Part shown: in pieces, positions 6,304 through 15,093 of the stretch
Position numbering within the stretch: position 1 is the first letter of the stretch
Layout: every line of letters begins with the position of its first letter
Source of the DNA: Candidatus Methylomirabilia bacterium
Lineage (GTDB): Bacteria > Methylomirabilota > Methylomirabilia > Rokubacteriales > CSP1-6
Direction of reading: 5' to 3'
DNA length: 19,910 nt
Assembly (NCBI GenBank): GCA_041497895.1
Contig: JBGQHJ010000093.1
Coordinates: 1-19,910, forward strand
Notes under the pieces: model-generated
Database searches by the model: none
The model's input: the letters and a program-made list of their open reading frames with translations, nothing else
What the model was told of the DNA's origin: nothing
Position numbers and translations under genes: made by a program

Positions 6304-7941
6304 TTACTTGAAGATGGAGAAGTTGATCTCTTTCTCGGTGATGAACTCGAGGAGGACCGGGACGCCCTCGCGGGTCTTGGCGATGCCGCGCTTGATCGCG
6401 GGGATGATCTCGCCGGGCTCGCTGATGCGCTCGCCGTAGCCGCCGAAGGCCTTCGCCATGTCCGCGTAGTGGCCGCTGATGTCGGTGGAGCGGTACTTCT
6501 CGGTGGCGGTCTTCATGATCGGCAGCTCGATGGCCATCGAGAAGTTGTTGAGCAGGATCGACAGGATGGGGATGCGCTCGCGCACCGCGGTCTCGAAGTC
6601 CATGCCGGTGAAGCCGATGGCCGCGTCGCCCCACACGTTGATGCAGAGCGCCTCCGGCTTCGCGAGCTTGGCGCCCATCGCCAGGCCCAGGCCGTAGCCG
6701 AGCTGGGTGGTCTTGCCCCAGCCGATGTAGGTGAGCGGCTGGGTGCTCTCCCAGAAGGGCGAGAGCTGGTCGCGCGGGCTGCCCGCGTCATGGGTGATGA
6801 TGGTGTTGGCCACGTCCACCGTGTGGAGCAGGTCCCAGATCACCCGGTAGGGCGAGAGCGGCTTGTCGTTGGCGGTCAGCTTGGGCAGCCACTGGGCCAT
6901 CCACTCCGCCTTCATGGTCGCGATCTGCCGGGTGACCTCCGCCTTGCGGCCGCGCGGCTTGCCCTTCAGGCGGTCGCGCACCTCGGCGAGCAGGGCGTCC
7001 AGCACGAGGCCGGCGTCGCCGATGACCGCGTGCTCGGCCACGATGTCCTTGTTGAGGTCGGCCACGTCGATGGTGGAGTGGACGATGGTCTTGCCCTTCG
7101 GCATCGTCACCCCGTAGTTGGTGGTCGAGAAGCTGCAGCCGATGCCGAAGATGACGTCCGAGTTCTTGAGGAACTCGTAGACCGTCTTCGGCATGGAGCG
7201 CCCGCCCGAGCCGAGCGACAGGGGATGGTTCTCCGGGAACGCGCTCTTGCCCTCGAGGCTGGTGGTGACCGGCGCCTCCAGCAGCTCGGCCAGCTCGCGG
7301 AGCTGCTGCCACGCCCGCGCGTAGTGCACGCCCTGGCCGGCGTAGATCACCGGGCGCTCGGCCTCCACCAGGATCCGCGCGGCCTCGGTCACCGCGTCGG
7401 GATCCGGGGCGATCCGCGTGCGGGGGGTCACCTTGTAATTGAGCGGCTCCGGTACTTCTTCCGGGAAGACGTCGACCGGGATCTCCACCAGCACCGGGCG
7501 CGGCCGGCCGTTCTTCACCTGGGTGAAGGCCCGGCGCATGGCGTCGGGCACCGCGTCGGCCATGATGACCTGCTCACACCACTTGGTGACGTTCCGGTAG
7601 TTGATGAACGAGTTGAAGTTGGGCGGAATGTTGGTGATGCGGCGCGGGTAGCCGCCGGGCAGCACCACGATCGGCACCGAGTCGCCGTAGGCCTGGGCCA
7701 CGCCCCCGAAGGCGTTCTCCGAGCCGGGCCCGTGCTGCATGGTGAACACGCCGATCTTCTGGCCGGAGGTGATGCGGCTCACCGCGTCGGCCATGTGCAG
7801 TCCGGTGCGCTCTTGCCGGACGATGATGGTGCGGATATCGGCCTGGGCGGCCGCCTCGATGATCGGGTTGACCGGGTAGCCGATCAGAAAAGTGGTACCT
7901 TCGCGCTTCAGGATCTCGGCAACAGCGGCGACCGCCTTCAT
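6304..7941 (-). CDS. Thiamine pyrophosphate-requiring enzyme, acetolactate synthase large-subunit-like
   Basis: 545 aa. 'RQERTGLHMADA' (catalytic Glu), 'GRPRPVLVEIPVD', 'AERPVIYAGQG', 'LGYGLGLAMGAKLA', TPP motif 'WGDAA...LNN'. GAGGAGG RBS. No ilvH/ilvN subunit nearby, so the substrate is unknown. Confidence 0.93.
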   Translation of the reverse strand: MKAVAAVAEILKREGTTFLIGYPVNPIIEAAAQADIRTIIVRQERTGLHMADAVSRITSGQKIGVFTMQHGPGSENAFGGVAQAYGDSVPIVVLPGGYPRRITNIPPNFNSFINYRNVTKWCEQVIMADAVPDAMRRAFTQVKNGRPRPVLVEIPVDVFPEEVPEPLNYKVTPRTRIAPDPDAVTEAARILVEAERPVIYAGQGVHYARAWQQLRELAELLEAPVTTSLEGKSAFPENHPLSLGSGGRSMPKTVYEFLKNSDVIFGIGCSFSTTNYGVTMPKGKTIVHSTIDVADLNKDIVAEHAVIGDAGLVLDALLAEVRDRLKGKPRGRKAEVTRQIATMKAEWMAQWLPKLTANDKPLSPYRVIWDLLHTVDVANTIITHDAGSPRDQLSPFWESTQPLTYIGWGKTTQLGYGLGLAMGAKLAKPEALCINVWGDAAIGFTGMDFETAVRERIPILSILLNNFSMAIELPIMKTATEKYRSTDISGHYADMAKAFGGYGERISEPGEIIPAIKRGIAKTREGVPVLLEFITEKEINFSIFK

Positions 7942-7987
7942 GGGGTCCTCCTCGGGATCTGCTGTAGGATGGGGCCGACTCTAACCC

Positions 7988-8021
7988 AATCCGCGGGTGA
8001 AGGGAATCCGCAGGCGAAAGG
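7988..8021. repeat. 17-bp imperfect tandem direct repeat in a divergent promoter region
   Basis: AATCCGCGGGTGAAGGG (7988-8004) / AATCCGCAGGCGAAAGG (8005-8021), 14/17 identical. Confidence 0.65.
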
Positions 8022-8032
8022 ACCGACGAGGC

Positions 8033-9127
8033 ATGGCTCGGAAGAAGCACACCGTGGGCATCATCGGGCTCGGGTTCGGCCGCGCCCACATCCCGGCGTT
8101 CCAGACGAGCGGCTGCGAGGTGGTGGCCCTCTGTCAGCGCAACCAGGAGACCGCCCGCGCGATGGCGACCCGCTACAACGTGGCCTCCGTGTTCGAGCGC
8201 TGGGAGGACCTGCTCGAGCAGGCCAAGCCGGACATCGTGGTGATCGCCTCGCCGCCGCACCTCCACCGCGATATCGCCCTGCGCGCGCTGGGCCAGGGCG
8301 CGCACGTGCTCTGCGAGAAGCCGCTGGCCATGACCGCGGCCGAGGGGCGCGAGATGGTGGAGGCGGCGGCGCGGGCCCAGCGGGTGGCGATGACCGGCTT
8401 CAACTGGCGCTTCATCCCGGCCATGCAGCGCTTCCACTCGCTGGTGGAGGAGGGCGCGGTGGGCCGCGTCTTCCACGTGGGCGGCCGCTGGCTCGGGGCC
8501 CGCTGGGCCGACGAGGCCGCGCCGATCACCTGGCGCATGGATCGCGCCCAGGCCGGCCACGGGGCGATGGGCGACATGGGCGTGCACCTGATCGACCTCG
8601 TGCGCTGGCACTTCGGCGAGTTCGCGCGCGTGACCGCGCAGGCCGGGGTCGCCTACGCGTCGCGGAGCGTTCCGGGCGGCGGCAGGGCTGCCGCCGCGGA
8701 GGACTTCTGCAGCGTGCTGGGCGAGCTCGCCTCCGGCGGGCAGGTGACGCTCTCGGCGAGCCGGTCCGCGCGGGGCGCGAACGAGAGCTCCCTCGAGGCC
8801 TACGGCAGCCAGGGCTCGCTCGTCTACCGGCTCGACCGCGAGAAGCCCAAGTGGTACGTGGGCGAGCTGCGCGCGGCCGGCGCGAGCGGCACGCTCCAGC
8901 CGGTGCCGGTCACCGCGGGCCTGCCGCGGTCGGCCGGCGAGGGAGATCCGCTGGAGGTCACCGGCAAGGCCACGATCGCCCCGCTCGTGAAGCGCTTCCT
9001 CGAGGGCATCCGCAAGGGCGAGAGCCCGTCGCCGTCGCTCGAGGACGGCCTGCGCGCGCAGCTCGTGCTGGACGCGGTGCTGCGCTCCCTCACGGAAGGG
9101 GGCTGGCAGCGCGTCGAGTCCGCGTGA
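8033..9127 (+). CDS. Gfo/Idh/MocA family NAD(P)-dependent oxidoreductase
   Basis: 'VGIIGLGFGRAH' Rossmann start, 'ASPPHLH', 'HVLCEKPLA', 'GFNWRF', 'GAMGDMGVHLIDL'. ATG 8033 preferred over GTG 7997. Confidence 0.93.
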   Translation: MARKKHTVGIIGLGFGRAHIPAFQTSGCEVVALCQRNQETARAMATRYNVASVFERWEDLLEQAKPDIVVIASPPHLHRDIALRALGQGAHVLCEKPLAMTAAEGREMVEAAARAQRVAMTGFNWRFIPAMQRFHSLVEEGAVGRVFHVGGRWLGARWADEAAPITWRMDRAQAGHGAMGDMGVHLIDLVRWHFGEFARVTAQAGVAYASRSVPGGGRAAAAEDFCSVLGELASGGQVTLSASRSARGANESSLEAYGSQGSLVYRLDREKPKWYVGELRAAGASGTLQPVPVTAGLPRSAGEGDPLEVTGKATIAPLVKRFLEGIRKGESPSPSLEDGLRAQLVLDAVLRSLTEGGWQRVESA

Positions 9128-9642
9128 AGCCGGCGCGTCCCGGCCTTCGCGTGGGCGTCATCGGCGAGGGCGCGTGCTCGCGCCGGGTGGCCGCCCTCGC
9201 CGAGCGGGTGGGCCGCGCGATCGCGGAGGCGGGCGCGGTACTGCTGTGCGGCGGCCTCGGCGGGGTGATGGAGGCCGCCTCGCGTGGCGCGGCCCAGGCC
9301 GGGGGCTTGGTGGTCGGGCTCCTGCCCGGCTTCGAGGCCCGCGACGCCAATCGCTGGGTGAGCGTCCCGATCGTCACCGGCATGGACCAGGCGCGCAACG
9401 TGATCCTGGTGCGCTCGTGCGACGCGGTGGTCGCGGTGGGCGGGCGCTACGGCACGCTCTCCGAGATCGCGCTGGCGCTCAAGCTGGGGCGGCCGGTGGT
9501 GGGGCTCGGCACCTGGCGCCTGGCCCAGCCGGAAGGCCGCCGGGTCCCGTTGCTGAGCGCCCGGACACCTGAGGAGGCGGTGGCGCGGGCGCTGCGTGCC
9601 GCGCGGCGGGCCGGCGGCGGCGGCCGTGGCTGGCTCGTCTAG
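9124..9642 (+). CDS. TIGR00725 family protein (LOG/SLOG-superfamily Rossmann fold)
   Basis: Last 172 aa of ORF 5767..9642. GTG 9124 overlaps the upstream TGA. 'LLCGGLGGVMEAASRGA', 'GLLPG', 'TGMDQARN', 'GGRYGTLSEIALAL'. Confidence 0.9.
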   Translation: MKPARPGLRVGVIGEGACSRRVAALAERVGRAIAEAGAVLLCGGLGGVMEAASRGAAQAGGLVVGLLPGFEARDANRWVSVPIVTGMDQARNVILVRSCDAVVAVGGRYGTLSEIALALKLGRPVVGLGTWRLAQPEGRRVPLLSARTPEEAVARALRAARRAGGGGRGWLV

Positions 9643-10484
9643 CCTTTGACCGCCCCCGCGGTGAGACCCGCGACGTAGTACTTCACGAAGAACGAGTAGA
9701 CGAGGGCGACCGGAATAGAGCCCAGCAGCGCGCCGGCCATCAGCTGGCCCCAGTAGAAAGCGTCCCCCCGGATCAGCTCGCCCACGACGCCGATCGGTAC
9801 GGTGCGCACGCTCGACTTGCTGAGAAAGAGCAGCGCGTAGAGGAACTCGTTCTGTGACAGCGTGAAGGCGAAGATGCCGGCGGACAGGAAGCCGGGCAGG
9901 CAGAGGGGAAGAATGATCCTCGTCATGGCCCGCCAGCGGCTGGCGCCGTCGATCATGGCCTGCTCTTCCAGCTCCTTCGGCACCGTCTTGAAGTAGCCCA
10001 TCAGGAGCCAGGCGATGAAGGGTACGAGCAGCGTCGGATACGTCAGCATCACGGCGCTGAGCGTATTGCCCAGCTTCATCCGGCCGATGAGATCGGCCAT
10101 CGGCACGAACAGGAGCGTCTGCGGCACCAGGTAGGTGATGGCCACGGTGATGGCCAGCAGCCCCGCCCCCCGAAACCGCATGCGGGCCAGCGGGTAGGCC
10201 AGCATGCTCCCGAGCAGGAGCGAGATGCCGGTGGCGACCACCGCCACCAGCATCGTGTTGGCGACCCAGATCAGGAAGTTGGTCTCCTTGAGCAGATCGA
10301 TGTAGTGGACGAGCGACGGGTGCCGGATGGCCAGCGGCATGGCCTTGGGGTCATACAGCTCGGCGTTGGTCTTGAGCGACGTCGCCGCCATCCAGGTGAA
10401 CGGAAACAGCGCGATCACGAGGAACGCCACCAGCGGCAGCCACAATCCAAAGAGCCGCTTGCGCCAGGTCAGCTCGCCGACCAT
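9639..10484 (-). CDS. Carbohydrate ABC transporter permease (MalG-like)
   Basis: 'PFTWMAATSLK', 'LAYPLAR', EAA loop 'VPKELEEQAMIDGAS', C-terminal 'YVAGLTAGAVKG'. Confidence 0.93.
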   Translation of the reverse strand: MVGELTWRKRLFGLWLPLVAFLVIALFPFTWMAATSLKTNAELYDPKAMPLAIRHPSLVHYIDLLKETNFLIWVANTMLVAVVATGISLLLGSMLAYPLARMRFRGAGLLAITVAITYLVPQTLLFVPMADLIGRMKLGNTLSAVMLTYPTLLVPFIAWLLMGYFKTVPKELEEQAMIDGASRWRAMTRIILPLCLPGFLSAGIFAFTLSQNEFLYALLFLSKSSVRTVPIGVVGELIRGDAFYWGQLMAGALLGSIPVALVYSFFVKYYVAGLTAGAVKG

Positions 10485-10502
10485 TCACTCATTCCTTGGC
10501 GC

Positions 10503-11441
10503 TCAGTCCTTGCGCACGTACAAGGTGAGCAGGACCAGCAGGAGCCCCAGCACCGGCACCATGCTGAGCGCCACCGCGGAGCCGAGCCCCATCTGTCCGG
10601 CACCCATGCTGAGGCTGTAGGCGTAGGTCGCCATCAGGTGCGTGGAGTTGGCGGGGCCGCCGCCGGTGAGCACGTAGACGAGCTGAAAGTCGAAGAAGGT
10701 GATGACGATCGAGAACGTGGTCACGATGAAGATCACGGGCAGGAGCGAGGGCAGCGTGACGTAACGGAAGCGGCCCCAGGTGCCCGCCCCGTCGATGGTC
10801 GCCGACTCGTGCAGGTCGACGGGAATGGTCTGCAGGCCCGCGAGGATCGAGATGCCGAAGAACGGCAGGCCGCGCCACGTGTTGACCATGATGATCGAGA
10901 TCATGGCCATCGTCGGCGTGCCGAGCCAGGACGGCCCCGTCGTGGCCAGGCCGCTCACCACCAACAGACGGTTGAACAGGCCCATGCCGGGGTCGAGGAT
11001 CCACTGCCAGGCCACGGTGCTGAGCACCGTGGGCACGATGAACGGGAGGAGGAGCATGGCGCGCGTGACGGCCTTCATGCGGAAGTCCTGGTTCATCACG
11101 AGAGCCATGCCGAGCCCGCCGGAGGCCTTCAGCACCGTCGCGACCCCAGTGAAGAGGATCGTGTTTCTGACCGACTGCCAGAAGATCGGGTCGTTGAAGA
11201 GGGTGACGAAATTGCCCAGGCCGACGAAGGAGGCGGTGCGCGCGACCTCCCGGTGGAAGAAGCTCAGGTACACCCCGTAGAAGAACGGGTAGCCCAGGAA
11301 TGCCAGCAGGAACAGCACGGGCGGGGTGAGCATGATCCAGCTGAAGACGGACTCGCGCTCGACGAACGCGGCCACCCGGAACGGGCGGCGGGCGGGCGCC
11401 ATCAGCGCGCCCGCCCGAGATGCCTCGAGGACCTTGCTCAT
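10503..11441 (-). CDS. Carbohydrate ABC transporter permease (MalF/UgpA-like)
   Basis: From ATG 11441, 2 nt after the SBP stop. 'FVGLGNF...DPIFWQSVRNT', 'LAGLQTIPVDLHESATIDGA', 'LTGGGPANSTH'. Confidence 0.93.
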   Translation of the reverse strand: MSKVLEASRAGALMAPARRPFRVAAFVERESVFSWIMLTPPVLFLLAFLGYPFFYGVYLSFFHREVARTASFVGLGNFVTLFNDPIFWQSVRNTILFTGVATVLKASGGLGMALVMNQDFRMKAVTRAMLLLPFIVPTVLSTVAWQWILDPGMGLFNRLLVVSGLATTGPSWLGTPTMAMISIIMVNTWRGLPFFGISILAGLQTIPVDLHESATIDGAGTWGRFRYVTLPSLLPVIFIVTTFSIVITFFDFQLVYVLTGGGPANSTHLMATYAYSLSMGAGQMGLGSAVALSMVPVLGLLLVLLTLYVRKD

Positions 11442-11443
11442 CC

Positions 11444-12742
11444 CTACCCGTAGATCGTCTTGAGCTGCGACACGGCCTCCGAGATGGCCGCCTTCACCGG
11501 CGTGCCCGTGCAGGCCTTGGTGAACATGTCGATCACGATCCAGCGATTGATCACTTCGCCGTGCTGGCGGTTGGCGGGCGCCGGCCACGACGTGAGCTTA
11601 CCGGTCTCGAGAACCTTCTGGAACGGCTTGACACGCGGCTCGATGTCCCACTCGGGCACCTTGTCGAAGCCGTGCAGGTATGGAGCGAAATACATGTCGC
11701 CCGAGGCGATCCACGGCCGGTACTGCTTCGGGTCCATCATCCAGCGCAGGAAATCCTTGGCCGCCTGCGGGTCCTTGCTGTGGGCGAACACGCCGTGCGT
11801 CACGGGCACGAGCGCGTGGTAGCGCTGGCCGTTGGGGCCCTTGGGATTCAGCGCGTGCTCGATCACCTTGCCCATCTCCGGCAGGTCGCGCTTGGCCGAG
11901 ACCATGATGCTGTAGGCGTTGTTGGTGCACGAGATCTGGCTGGTCAAGAAGGCCTTGTTGTTGGCCGGATCCAGCCACCCGATGCAGTCTTCGATGCAGG
12001 CTTCCTTGTAGAGCCTCTTGACGTACTCCACGGCCTTCGCGGTCTCGTTGGTGTCGAGCGCCACCTTCTTGCCGTCCTTGTCCATGACCGTCACCCCGTA
12101 GGACCACAGCAGGGGGTAGAGCCAGGAGTAGTTGTCGGCGAATCCATGCCCCATGGACATGCCGAACGGATGGCCCTTGGCCTTGAGCTTGATGCCCGCC
12201 TCCAGGAACTCGTCCCACGTCTCGGGGAAATGCTTGACGCCCGCCTCGTCGAACCAATCCTTCCGGTAGTTCATCAACTGGCCGATGTTCCCGTTGGGCA
12301 CGGACTTCCACTTGCCCTTGTCGATGGACAGGCGCTTGATCTCGTCGTACCAGCCGCCCTGCTGCTTGCCCACCTCCTCGGCGATGTCGGACACGTCCAC
12401 CAAGGCGTCGCGATAGAGCCACTCCTGCTGCACCCAGGCCAGGTCGGCGCCGGACTTGTTCTCGACCATGGAGACCAGCTGGGGCACCGCGCTGCCGCCC
12501 GCGGCCTGGATCTGGTAGTCGATCTTGATGCCGGTGGCCTTTTCGTAGGCCGGCGCCATCACGTTCTGGAAGTGCACGTCGAAGTTCTTCACGTAGGAAC
12601 TTTCGCGCGCGAACGTGATGGATACCGGCTTGGCCTGGGCATTGCGGGAAACCCAGGGGCCCATGGCCACGCCTGCGGCCCCGGCGGCACCAAGCTTCAG
12701 GAAGCTACGACGGGTGGCCTTCGACGGTCCGAGCTGTGCCAT
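11444..12742 (-). CDS. ABC transporter extracellular solute-binding protein (family 1, sugar-type) with Tat signal peptide
   Basis: Twin-arginine 'TRRSFLKLGAAGAAG' and AQA cleavage site. 'MNYRKDWF...FPETWDEF'. First gene of the SBP-permease-permease operon. Confidence 0.92.
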   Translation of the reverse strand: MAQLGPSKATRRSFLKLGAAGAAGVAMGPWVSRNAQAKPVSITFARESSYVKNFDVHFQNVMAPAYEKATGIKIDYQIQAAGGSAVPQLVSMVENKSGADLAWVQQEWLYRDALVDVSDIAEEVGKQQGGWYDEIKRLSIDKGKWKSVPNGNIGQLMNYRKDWFDEAGVKHFPETWDEFLEAGIKLKAKGHPFGMSMGHGFADNYSWLYPLLWSYGVTVMDKDGKKVALDTNETAKAVEYVKRLYKEACIEDCIGWLDPANNKAFLTSQISCTNNAYSIMVSAKRDLPEMGKVIEHALNPKGPNGQRYHALVPVTHGVFAHSKDPQAAKDFLRWMMDPKQYRPWIASGDMYFAPYLHGFDKVPEWDIEPRVKPFQKVLETGKLTSWPAPANRQHGEVINRWIVIDMFTKACTGTPVKAAISEAVSQLKTIYG

Positions 12743-12778
12743 GCCTTTCCCCCCTTTTGTGTGACCTGGATGGCCCTG

Positions 12779-12807
12779 ATCCTGCCCCGGGCCGGGGGCA
12801 TCGTCAA
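12779..12807 (-). promoter_or_regulatory. Putative sigma70 promoter for the sugar-ABC operon
   Basis: Minus strand TTGACG-17 nt-CAGGAT. The spacer is a near-palindrome TGCCCC(C)GG/CCGGGGCA. Confidence 0.45.
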
Positions 12808-12860
12808 GGGCCGCCTGAGCGATGCCGCGGGGGCGGATCGGGGCCGGCCCGGCCGCGTCG

Positions 12861-12890
12861 TTGACCCCTCGCGCGGGCGCGTGCTAGCCT
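12861..12890 (+). promoter_or_regulatory. Putative sigma70 promoter (extended -10) giving a leaderless ABC-ATPase transcript
   Basis: TTGACC-18 nt-TAGCCT with TGn extension. The GTG start (12897) lies 6 nt after the -10 and has no SD. Confidence 0.62.
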
Positions 12891-12896
12891 CCGCGC

Positions 12897-13946
12897 GTGG
12901 TTCGGGTCAGCGTGGACACCGTCGGCAAGCGGTACGGATCGGTTGAAGCACTCCGCGCGGTCTCCCTCGACTTCGACGCCGGCCGCCTCACCGCGATCCT
13001 CGGCCCGTCCGGCTGCGGCAAGACCACGCTGCTGCGCTCGATCGCGGGCTTCGTCGCGGTGGACGGCGGCGCCATCCGCTTCGACGGGGCCGACGTCACC
13101 GCGCTGCCGCCCCAGCAGCGCGGCACCGCCATGGTGTTCCAGTCCTACGCGCTCTGGCCGCACATGACCGTGTTCGACAACGTGGCCTACGGGCTGCGGC
13201 TCCGGCGGGTGCCCGCTCCGGAGATCGCGCGCCGGGTGCGGGAGGCGCTCGCGCTCGTCGAGATCGGCGACGTGGAGGCCACCGCGCGCCGCAAGCCGGC
13301 CGCGCTCTCGGGCGGGCAGCAGCAGCGGGTGGCGCTCGCCCGCGCGATCGTGGTGGAGCCGCGGGTGCTGCTGCTGGACGAGCCGCTCAGCAACCTCGAC
13401 GCCAAGATCCGCCAGCGCCTGCGGGTGGAGGTGCGGCGGCTGCAGCGCCGGGTGGGCATCACCACGATCTACGTGACCCACGACCAGGAGGAGGCCCTCG
13501 CCATCGCCGATCGCGTGGTGCTGATGAACCGCGGCGCGGTGGTGCAGTCGGGCCCGCCGGAAGAGGTCTACCTGGCGCCCGCGACCGAGTTCGTGGCCGA
13601 GTTCCTCGGGGTGGGCAACCGGGTCGAGGGCCGCGCCGAGCCCGGCGCGGTGCACGTGGAAGGACAGCGCCTGCCGTACGGGGGCGCCGCGCGGGGCGCG
13701 GTGCTGGTGATCCTCCGCTCGTCGGACCTCGGCCTGGCCCCGCCGGCCGCGGGGACCGGCGCCCGGTCCGACGAGCCGCGGCTCGCCGGCCAGCTCGAAG
13801 AAAGCCTGTTCCTCGGCGCGTACTACCGGCACTACGTGCGGGTGGGCGAGGCCGTGCTCATGGTGGACGGGCCCGCGCCGGCCCGGCCGGGTCCCGTCAC
13901 CATCACCGTGCCGCCGGACCGCGTCCGCGTATACCCGGCGGCCTGA
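12897..13946 (+). CDS. ABC transporter ATP-binding protein (PotA/FbpC/MalK-like, C-terminal TOBE-like region)
   Basis: Walker A 'GPSGCGKT', Q-loop 'VFQSYALWPHMTV', signature 'LSGGQQQRVALARA', Walker B 'LLLDEPLSNLD', H-loop 'VTHDQEEA'. Confidence 0.95.
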   Translation: MVRVSVDTVGKRYGSVEALRAVSLDFDAGRLTAILGPSGCGKTTLLRSIAGFVAVDGGAIRFDGADVTALPPQQRGTAMVFQSYALWPHMTVFDNVAYGLRLRRVPAPEIARRVREALALVEIGDVEATARRKPAALSGGQQQRVALARAIVVEPRVLLLDEPLSNLDAKIRQRLRVEVRRLQRRVGITTIYVTHDQEEALAIADRVVLMNRGAVVQSGPPEEVYLAPATEFVAEFLGVGNRVEGRAEPGAVHVEGQRLPYGGAARGAVLVILRSSDLGLAPPAAGTGARSDEPRLAGQLEESLFLGAYYRHYVRVGEAVLMVDGPAPARPGPVTITVPPDRVRVYPAA

Positions 13947-13962
13947 CCAGAGGAGATTCCCG

Positions 13963-15093
13963 ATGCGGCTACGATCCATGCTCGCCGTGCTGCTGGCTCT
14001 CGTGGTGCCCGCCTCCGCCGCGACCCGGCTCAACGTCGCGATCGGCGCCGACGTGAACGTGGTCGAGGTGCACAAGACCCTGCTCGGCCCCGGCTTCCAC
14101 GCGACCGCGCCCGACGTCGAGATCAACGCGGTGGGCACCGGCACCGGCGAGCCGGCCAGCCGCGCGATCTACACCAAGATCAAGGCGCAGGCGGACGCGG
14201 GCCGCAAGTCGTGGGATCTCGACGTGGCGCTGATCAGCATGGCGGTGGCTTCGCAGATGGTGAAGGAGGGGCTGCTCCTCCGCTTCGTGCCCCAGATGAA
14301 GAACGCGGCGCTCGTGAAGGGCGCGGAGGTGAAGGAGGCCTTCGGCGTCAACGTCGACGGCTACGTGGTCCCGATGTTCCACAACCAGATCGCGCTCGCC
14401 TACGTGCCGTCGAAGGTGCCGAGCCCGCCGAAGTCCTTCGACGAGCTGGCCACGTGGGTGAAGGCCAACCCCGGCCGCTTCGGCTACAACGGCATCAAGG
14501 GCGGGGTGAGCGGGGTCGGCTTCACGATGGGCTGGGTCTACTGGAAGACCGGGCTCTACAAGGAGCTGACCCAGGGGCCGTTCGACCGAGGCAAGGAGCC
14601 GGCCATCCGCGAGGCGGTCACCGCGCTGCGCGACTTCAACCGGCAGGCGGTCATCACCAACGGCAACGCGGGCACGCTCGACGCGCTGAACCGCGGCGAG
14701 ATCTGGATGGGCGCGGTGTGGATCGATCAGCTCGTGGCGTGGAAGAACGAGGGGCGCATGGATCCGGCGGTGACGCCGCTCCTGCCCGCGCCCGGGCTGC
14801 CGATCTACCCGCTCTACCTGGTGGTGCCGCGCGAGGCGGCCAACCGGGAGGCGGCGGTCCGCTACATCGACTACATCGCGACGCCGGAGGTGCAGGCCAA
14901 GGCCATCGTGGAGAAGTTCGGCTGGTACCCGGGGGTGGACGCCGAGAAGGTGCTGCCGCTCATCAGCGCCAAGAGCCGCGAGCTGCTGTTCACCGGGGTG
15001 AGCGCGCAGGACCTCGCGCGCTACTCGCGCCAGATGCCGATCAAGGAGTACCACGACCTGATCAGCCTGGCCTACGAGGAGATCGTCCGCTGA
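13963..15093 (+). CDS. ABC transporter solute-binding protein (PotD/YnjB-like), Sec signal peptide
   Basis: Signal 'MRLRSMLAVLLALVVPASA'. 'PPKSFDELATWVKANPGRFGY', 'ALNRGEIWMGAVW', 'AVRYIDYIATPEVQ'. GAGGAG RBS. Sits between the ATPase and the permeases. Confidence 0.88.
   Translation: MRLRSMLAVLLALVVPASAATRLNVAIGADVNVVEVHKTLLGPGFHATAPDVEINAVGTGTGEPASRAIYTKIKAQADAGRKSWDLDVALISMAVASQMVKEGLLLRFVPQMKNAALVKGAEVKEAFGVNVDGYVVPMFHNQIALAYVPSKVPSPPKSFDELATWVKANPGRFGYNGIKGGVSGVGFTMGWVYWKTGLYKELTQGPFDRGKEPAIREAVTALRDFNRQAVITNGNAGTLDALNRGEIWMGAVWIDQLVAWKNEGRMDPAVTPLLPAPGLPIYPLYLVVPREAANREAAVRYIDYIATPEVQAKAIVEKFGWYPGVDAEKVLPLISAKSRELLFTGVSAQDLARYSRQMPIKEYHDLISLAYEEIVR

Noticed and set aside
5767..9123. 1291-aa plus-strand ORF 5767..9642 as a giant protein or fusion
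   Set aside because: The first part is the antisense shadow of the bPH and TPP genes and the middle is an off-frame overlap of the Gfo/Idh/MocA gene. Only 9124-9642 has family motifs. Long stop-free shadows are expected at this GC content.
9639..9642. Convergent genes sharing overlapping stops (CTAG) with no terminator
   Set aside because: Common in compact GC-rich genomes and not informative alone.
11420..12946. Long antisense ORFs (11420..12946 +, 10305..11453 +, 12804..14144 -, 13969..15054 -, 17390..18406 +)
   Set aside because: Mirror frames of well-supported genes, with no motifs or RBS.
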